A DNA stretch of 64,000 nucleotides from Antechinus flavipes (Eukaryota). The notes below the pieces were generated by a model. The model saw nothing but the letters and a program-made list of their open reading frames with translations, was not told where the DNA came from and searched no databases. Positions 58,501-64,000 of this stretch are shown in pieces; positions within the stretch are counted from its first letter, which is position 1; each line of letters opens with the position of its first letter. The stretch covers positions 241,180,001-241,244,000 of the forward strand of contig NC_067403.1 in assembly GCF_016432865.1 (NCBI RefSeq), given 5' to 3'. A program made the position numbers and the translations under genes.

Positions 58501-61500
58501 TAGGGGATTGCCAACAACCTTGGAGTCTAAAGGTTCTTCCTCCGTAGGGTGCTGGATGAATCATATAACCCACTGTCATCTGTCTTTTCAGGGTGGCCAT
58601 GGTGAGATTCTTCAACTCCCCCAATGTGCTTCAGGGTTTCCAGATGCACACACGCACTCTGCGTCTCTTTCCCCGACCTGTGGTAGCTTTCCAAGCTGGC
58701 TCCTTTCTAGCCTCACGTCCCCGACAGACCCCCTTTGCTGAGAAATTGGCCAGGACCCAAGCCGTGGAGTACTTTGGTGAATGGATCCTCAACCCCACCA
58801 ACTATGCTTTCCAGCGAATCCACAACAGTGAGTGCAGCTGCCCTTTCCCCGGGGCCCCTTCCCTTTCTCTCTCTTTCTGCCTCCTTTTTTTACCCTGCTT
58901 GTGCCCTGCCCTGTTCTTCATTGTTTGCTCCTTTCTGGCCTTGTCCTGTCTGCTGCCAACCCTGACCAGTCACGTCTCTCTGGGCAGACATGTTCGACCC
59001 GGCCCTGATTGGCGACAAGCCCAAGTGGTACGCCCACCAGCTGCAGCCGATCTATTACCGTGTCTATGACAGTAACTCCCAGCTGGCCGAGGCCCTGAGC
59101 GTGCCGCCCGAGCAGGACTCTGACTCTGACCCAACTGACGACAGGTGAGCAGTGCCTGGGGGGCAGCGAAGGCCGGTGGGCCATGACGGGCCCCCGGGCC
59201 CTGGGCAGGATGGTGCTTGCCTCCTCCTCCTCTAAGTGCCAGTAGGGCCAGGAGGTCGCCCTGCTTTCTAGCCTCCGTCCTGAGCTCTCAGAGTCTCTTT
59301 TCTGCACCCCTCCCACCTTGGGCACCAACAACTTTCTCTTGGGCTTCTCCCTCTTGACTTGGCAGTGGCAGTGACAGTGTGGATTACGATGATTCAAGCT
59401 CTTCCTACTCATCCCTTGGTGACTTTGTTAGTGAGATGATGAAATGTGATATCAACGGTGACACACCTAGTAAGTGCCAGGAAGCGGGCCAGCCCCGGGC
59501 AGGAGCTGGGGTTTGGGGTGGAGGGTCTGTGCCCTCTGAGCCCTGGAATCTTTGCAGATGTGGATCCACTAACACATGCAGCACTGGGTGACGCCAGCGA
59601 GGTGGCATTTGATGAGCTGCAGGGAAACCAGGGAGATTTGGAGGAACCCGGCCCAGACAGCGAGAATTCCCAGGACAACCCCCAGCCTCGTTCCAGCTCC
59701 AGCACGACGGCCAGCAGCAGCCCCAGTACCATCATTCACGGAGCCAATGCTGTGCGTAGGGCTGTGGAAGGGAAGAATGGAGCTAGGGCTAGGATCTGGG
59801 CCCCTTCTTGTGGGACAGTGACAGTACCTGGTTCCTTCCTCAGTGTTAGACTGGACTGGGTCTCTCTCATCCTTCTCCCTGTATCCTGTGTTTAAGTGTG
59901 GACTGTGGCTTAAAGGTTGCTCCTTAAAGGCTGCTCCTTCTAGGCTGCTTGTAAGTCTGTGACTGAAGCCCCGTTTTCACAGATCTCTGGGGAAGAAACA
60001 TCATTAGGGTGAGGATGTCAGAGACTTTTCCCTATAGATATTTCCCATCAAAGCCCTGACATTAGGAACCTGCCTGGGGCTGGCTAGATTTTTGGTCAGA
60101 GGAGAACGCCAGAAGCCTCAGTCCTCCTCCCCTGACCATTGTGTGCCACGACCCGCAGGAATCTGCCGATTTTACCGAGGTGGAGGACAAGACAGCGACA
60201 GGATTCTCCAACCCCCTCCGTGCTTTGCCTCCCAGTTTTGGCAAATTAAGTTTGGATAAGCGTGAGGCAGAGAGTGGGGGCCCCCCAGAGGGATTGGGGC
60301 GCAGGCGCGACTATGACAATCCATACTTTGAACCTCAGTATGGATTTCCCACTGAGGAAGATGAAGATGAAGATGAGCAGGAGGAGAGTTATACCCCACG
60401 ATTTCAACAAAACCTCAATGGCAGTAGGTGAGAGTTTGGGTTACTTTTGTGGGTGTGCCCACTAAAGAGCTTTTCAAAGGGCCTCTTACCGGCACTGGCC
60501 AGGGTGGGGAGGAGAATCAGAAAGGTCCATCAGTTGGAAGGTTCTCATGGTTCTGCTGTTCTCCTGGCATAGGGGTTTGGGGTCAGTTGGGGGCTGGTTG
60601 TAGCAACGTAGCTGGGCTCTGTACTTCTCCAAAGGTGAGGTACCTTGGCCTGGACCTGACAAGTGCCACTGTGCGTTTCCAAGGGCTCAAAAACTGCTGC
60701 GACCCAATAGCCTCAAGCTGGCAAGCGATTCAGATGCAGAGTCGGACTCTCGGGCAAGTTCTCCCAACTCCACCGTCTCCAACAACAGCAGCAATGAGGG
60801 CTTCGGGGGCATCATGTCTTTTGCCAGTAAGTGTCATGAGTTATGTGGATTTTTAAAAAAATGTACATGCCTTATATAGAGTTACTTAATCAATGTTGAT
60901 TGAATTAGATTAAATTGAATTCCTCACCTGTCCCATCCTCTACATCCATGGTTGGGCTATAATTGAGGCAAAAGTTATGTAGAAGTTCTTCTCTGGAGTT
61001 TGGGTGACACTCTCAGGCCACAGGGAGATTTTGGTCATAGATCATTGCCAGACTCACATTGTTCTAAGGAAGGGGGAGGTAAGTGGAACTGTAGGAAGAC
61101 TGCCTGTGTATGTTTGGCATACAGATAGCCCTTAAATTCTTTTTTGTTCATTCATTTATTTGTTCATTTGGACCTTTGGTGTTCACTGGAAACAAAATAG
61201 TTGCATGTTTACCTAAGATAGATCCTCAAAGGAGACATCTCGCCATATCCATCAGTTTCTTTTGCGTGGTTCAGATGCCTTAGTCAAGCTGGATTGGGAT
61301 ATAAACTCACTTCTTTTTCTTTGGAAAATTTCATCTTGTGTCTTGTTTTTTCATCACATACATTTCTGAATATATTCTTCTTCCCTCTACCTCCTCATTT
61401 TCTACCCAGTCCTTGGTAACAAAGGTTAAAAAAGAAAGGCATAAAAGTGGTTCACCAAAACTCATCAGCCCACCTGCCACATATGACCACATATGACATA

Positions 61501-63153
61501 CCCATGTGACAGGGTATGCAGCATTCCATACAGAGTCCCTATTTCTGCAGGGAAGGGCAGGAGGAGCATCTTCTCTCTTTTCTGAACCAAGCTGATTATT
61601 ATAATTGCACAACATTCGTTCTTTGTGTTTATTGCTTTTCTGGTTCTATCTACTTATCCCTGTGCCAAATCTCTGTGCCCCAGCGCTTCCCTAATTCTTC
61701 ATCTCTGCCGTTCTCATGGTGCACTGACATCCCCCCACATTCACCGGGCTCAGTTTGTTTGGCCACTTCCTAATTGGTGGCAGCCACTTTATTTCTAGTC
61801 CACCATGACTACAAAAAATGCGTGGGACCATATACCTCTGTGGTATATATTTCCTAGCAGCAGGATCTCTGGGTAGAGATATTTTAGTTACTTTAGAAGC
61901 TGAATTTCATTCCTTTCTAGAAGGATTGGAGTGAATCTCCATCAATACTGCTCTGCCAGTAGTGAATTGGTATGTCTGCTTTCCTGCAGACCTTCTGACA
62001 CTGACTCTTTCCATTCCTGATTATCCCGGTCAATTTGCTGAACCTAAAGTGAAAAGTTAGAGTTTTGTTGATTTTCATTTCTCTTATTATTTGTGGTTTG
62101 GAGCATGTGCTATGACATGTTTATTTTCTTATTCCTCCTTTCATATTGTGGGTCATAGAGGGGAGTTTTTATTTGGAAAATGGTTTGCGCTTCTTCTTTA
62201 ATCACTTATGAATTGGAAAAATGTCTAACCCTTTCTTTGCTTAGTGAAGAAGTTTTTAATGACTTTGGAGGGTGTATATGGACCTACGTTTGGTATATAG
62301 AGAAGGGCGTTATGGGGGAGTAATGTAGCTTGATGGCTGGTAGTAGATTTAGAAAGGAAACCCAAGCAATGAGTACTGTTGTGAGATCAATCAGACGCTA
62401 GGACAGTCCTTCATCTAGAACCATTGCCATTCTAATTGTCTTTCTATGGCCTACTGGCTATATGGGGAGATTTCACTGATCATTTTAGGTCAAGCTGATG
62501 ACTATGTCTTATTTTGTTATAAACAATAGCAGAAAAGCATGACCCAATAGAATTTCCATTTTGCCTGCCTCTAGGCTTGACCTTGTTTAGGTTAGATAAG
62601 AAACCCTGGGATAGACAATAGGTGGTGCAGTAGGTAGAGTACCAAACCTGGAGTCAGGAGGACTCATCTTCCTGAGTTCAAATCCAGCCTCATTTACTTG
62701 CTGTGTGATCTGAGTAAGTCACTTCCCCCTGTTTGCCTCAGTTCTTCATCTGTACGGTGAGCTAGAGAAGGAAATGGCCTACCACTCCAGTATCTTTGCC
62801 AAATAAAACCCCAAATGGGTTTACAAAGAGCTGAATATGACTGAAACAACTGAACAGTAGCAACCACAGACATAATAAGTAAGATGAACTGGACTTTGAA
62901 GGTCAGACTGTCTTTAAGAAGGAAGTGGGGCTGATTAAAAAAATGGCCGTCATGAGATGGGGAAGAGTGGTTTAACATATTCTAAACTTTGAAAGTATAC
63001 TGCCATGTCTCTGATCCTCATGACCCCTTGTTCTAACCCTCTTCCTTGTAGGCAGCCTCTACCGGAACCACAGCACCAGCTTCAGCCTCTCAAACCTTGC
63101 GCTGCCCACCAAAGGGGCCAGAGACAAAACAACACCCTTCCCTAGTCTCAAAG
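48237..63153 (+). CDS. MADD: MAP kinase-activating death domain protein (DENN-domain Rab3/Rab27 GEF), 5' partial, about 891 codons in window
   Basis: join(48237-48298,49513-50109,50658-50961,51280-51411,51602-51715,53023-53103,54240-54418,58592-58827,58988-59144,59366-59469,59558-59751,60159-60427,60684-60826,63052-63153) with consistent phases. [16 protein letters not shown] start; uDENN/cDENN/dDENN sequence. The gene continues beyond 64000. Confidence 0.98.
49513..50109 (+). CDS. MADD: MADD exon (uDENN)
   Basis: 597 nt, [21 protein letters not shown]...IPRGVQ. Confidence 0.98.
50658..50961 (+). CDS. MADD: MADD exon
   Basis: 304 nt, DTMWRIF...LLEHK. Confidence 0.98.
51280..51411 (+). CDS. 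MADD: MADD exon
   Basis: 132 nt, [11 protein letters not shown]...ASAEQ. Confidence 0.98.
51602..51715 (+). CDS. MADD: MADD exon
   Basis: 114 nt, [13 protein letters not shown]...DSNR. Confidence 0.98.
52345..52501 (+). mobile_element. Marsupial SINE with an intact 34-nt poly(A) tail
   Basis: Same head and core as above; A-run at 52468-52501. Confidence 0.8.
53023..53103 (+). CDS. MADD: MADD exon
   Basis: 81 nt, [27 protein letters not shown]. Confidence 0.97.
53512..53520 (+). other. Candidate 9-nt MADD microexon (YLK)
   Basis: Pyrimidine tract, then TGCATGCAG|TACTTGAAG|GTAACA; phase 0-0 inside a phase-0 intron. Confidence 0.5.
53762..53773 (+). other. Candidate 12-nt MADD microexon (GPVK)
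   Basis: TGCCCTTTGTCGCAG|GGGCCAGTGAAG|GTGAGT; phase 0-0 with a near-consensus donor. Confidence 0.55.
54240..54418 (+). CDS. MADD: MADD exon
   Basis: 179 nt, [10 protein letters not shown]...DVAT. Confidence 0.97.
54660..55275 (-). mobile_element. Older L1 3' fragment interrupted by a younger L1 insertion (54773-55065)
   Basis: 14-bp TSD ACTGCAAATAATCT at 54759-54772 and 55066-55079; (TTTTC)n tail. Confidence 0.75.
55830..57100 (+). mobile_element. Degraded RTE-like LINE interrupted by a Mar1-type SINE (56391-56630)
   Basis: Decayed RT-like segment at about 56720-56850; the SINE carries an RTE-type 3' end (GCTGGAAAAGGAAACGGCAAACCAC). Confidence 0.45.
58592..58827 (+). CDS. MADD: MADD exon (dDENN)
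   Basis: 236 nt, VAMVRFFNS...FQRIHN. Confidence 0.97.
58988..59144 (+). CDS. MADD: MADD exon
   Basis: 157 nt, [20 protein letters not shown]...TDD. Confidence 0.96.
59366..59469 (+). CDS. MADD: MADD exon
   Basis: 104 nt, [20 protein letters not shown]...GDTP. Confidence 0.96.
59558..59751 (+). CDS. MADD: MADD exon
   Basis: 194 nt, [15 protein letters not shown]...HGANA. Confidence 0.95.
60159..60427 (+). CDS. MADD: MADD exon 13 equivalent (including the 13L part)
   Basis: 269 nt, ESADFTE...[13 protein letters not shown]...NGS. Confidence 0.94.
60684..60826 (+). CDS. MADD: MADD exon
   Basis: 143 nt, [22 protein letters not shown]...IMSFA. Confidence 0.96.
62625..62860 (+). mobile_element. 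Mar1-type SINE
   Basis: tRNA head, CORE and RTE-like tail (GAGCTAGAGAAGGAAATGGC...CTGAAACAACTGAACA). Confidence 0.75.
63052..63153 (+). CDS. MADD: MADD exon
   Basis: 102 nt, [15 protein letters not shown]...PFPSLK. Confidence 0.96.
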
Positions 63154-64000
63154 GTAACCAATTAGAGTGCTTGAGCAATGATGGTGGAGACGGGGAGGGG
63201 TCTGAGTGTTGGATGGAGGCTATCCTGGGCCATTTTGTCTGGCCGTGGTCTCCACACATAAATTCTTGCATCTTCCTCTGCTCGGCACAGGCTGTAGTAT
63301 ATTGAGGGTTGTCAGGTAGATGTGGCTCTTAGCTCAAGGCTCAGGTAAGGCTACTCTGGGACGTTCCTCCTGTCATAAATAACCCCAGCATTTATTTAGC
63401 ATAGGGCCTGGCTCATCAAAAGCACCACTGGAGAGGTAGATAAGGGTGTTAGACTAGGAGTTAGGAAAACTTGAGTTTATTCCTGCCTCAGATGCTAGCT
63501 CTGTGATCGTGTGCAGGTCACTTACCCTCTCTCAGCCTCAGTTTAATTTGTAAAATGTTTATGATAATAGTGCCTACCTCACAAGGAGGTTATGAGGATG
63601 ATATCACTTTTCTGTAAAGTGCTTTGCAAACCTTAAAATGCATACAAATGCTGCTCTTATTGTCATGGTTGTCATCATCTTCGTCTGAATGAGAGATGGG
63701 CCAGCTATTTGCCATATTCCATGTTCAGAATTTCAGAGGAGCTGCTGGGAGGGCAGTGGCTGCTGAGAAGGTCGGGAAACCTCTTGGTTTGGCTTCTTGC
63801 CATTTCAGAGTTGGCCAAAGCCTGGTAGTTGGTTTGCTTCTGCTTGGAGTTCTGATGGTTAGGAAATAGCAGTGGTAACTAACAGTCTGAGTGGGTCTCC
63901 GGGTTTTCCTGGATATTGGGCCCAGGATACTGGGATTAGGCCAGATTGAGAAGGGATCTGACATATCCCCGAACTGGGAGAAAACAAAGGGAAATTGGAA

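Noticed and set aside
63154-64000. MADD alternative exon 16 (VFGLNTLMEIV...)
   Set aside because: Not found in the remaining sequence; presumably lies beyond the window, so its absence cannot be claimed.

Overview
Mammalian genomic DNA, almost certainly a marsupial (dasyurid-like L1 3' ends; Mar1/MIR-type SINEs; CR1/L3, L2 and RTE relics; hAT MITEs). The gene order matches human 11p11.2. The window holds four spliced protein-coding genes, mapped exon by exon with GT-AG sites and exon sizes matching the human orthologues as I recall them: DDB2 (+, 8774-20177, 10 exons, 454 aa), ACP2 (-, 25355-20896, 11 exons, 435 aa), NR1H3/LXR-alpha (+, 34163-43429, 9 coding exons, 459 aa) and the 5' part of MADD (+, 48237-63153, 14 coding exons, runs off the window). 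Most long ORFs in the supplied track are GC-rich artefacts. The best unexplained signals are: (1) two candidate frame-preserving microexons (9 nt YLK, 12 nt GPVK) with UGC/UGCAUG neural-splicing signatures in the MADD intron after the 81-nt exon; (2) a tandem repeat that has copied the splice donor of the LXR-alpha DNA-binding exon, with a stop codon between the copies; (3) a bidirectional ACP2/NR1H3 promoter; (4) loss of the MADD exon-13L internal donor; (5) a 31-aa C-terminal extension of DDB2; (6) possibly overlapping DDB2/ACP2 3' ends; (7) a candidate divergent transcript upstream of DDB2 with an RFX X-box. Human comparisons are from memory, and no database searches were run.
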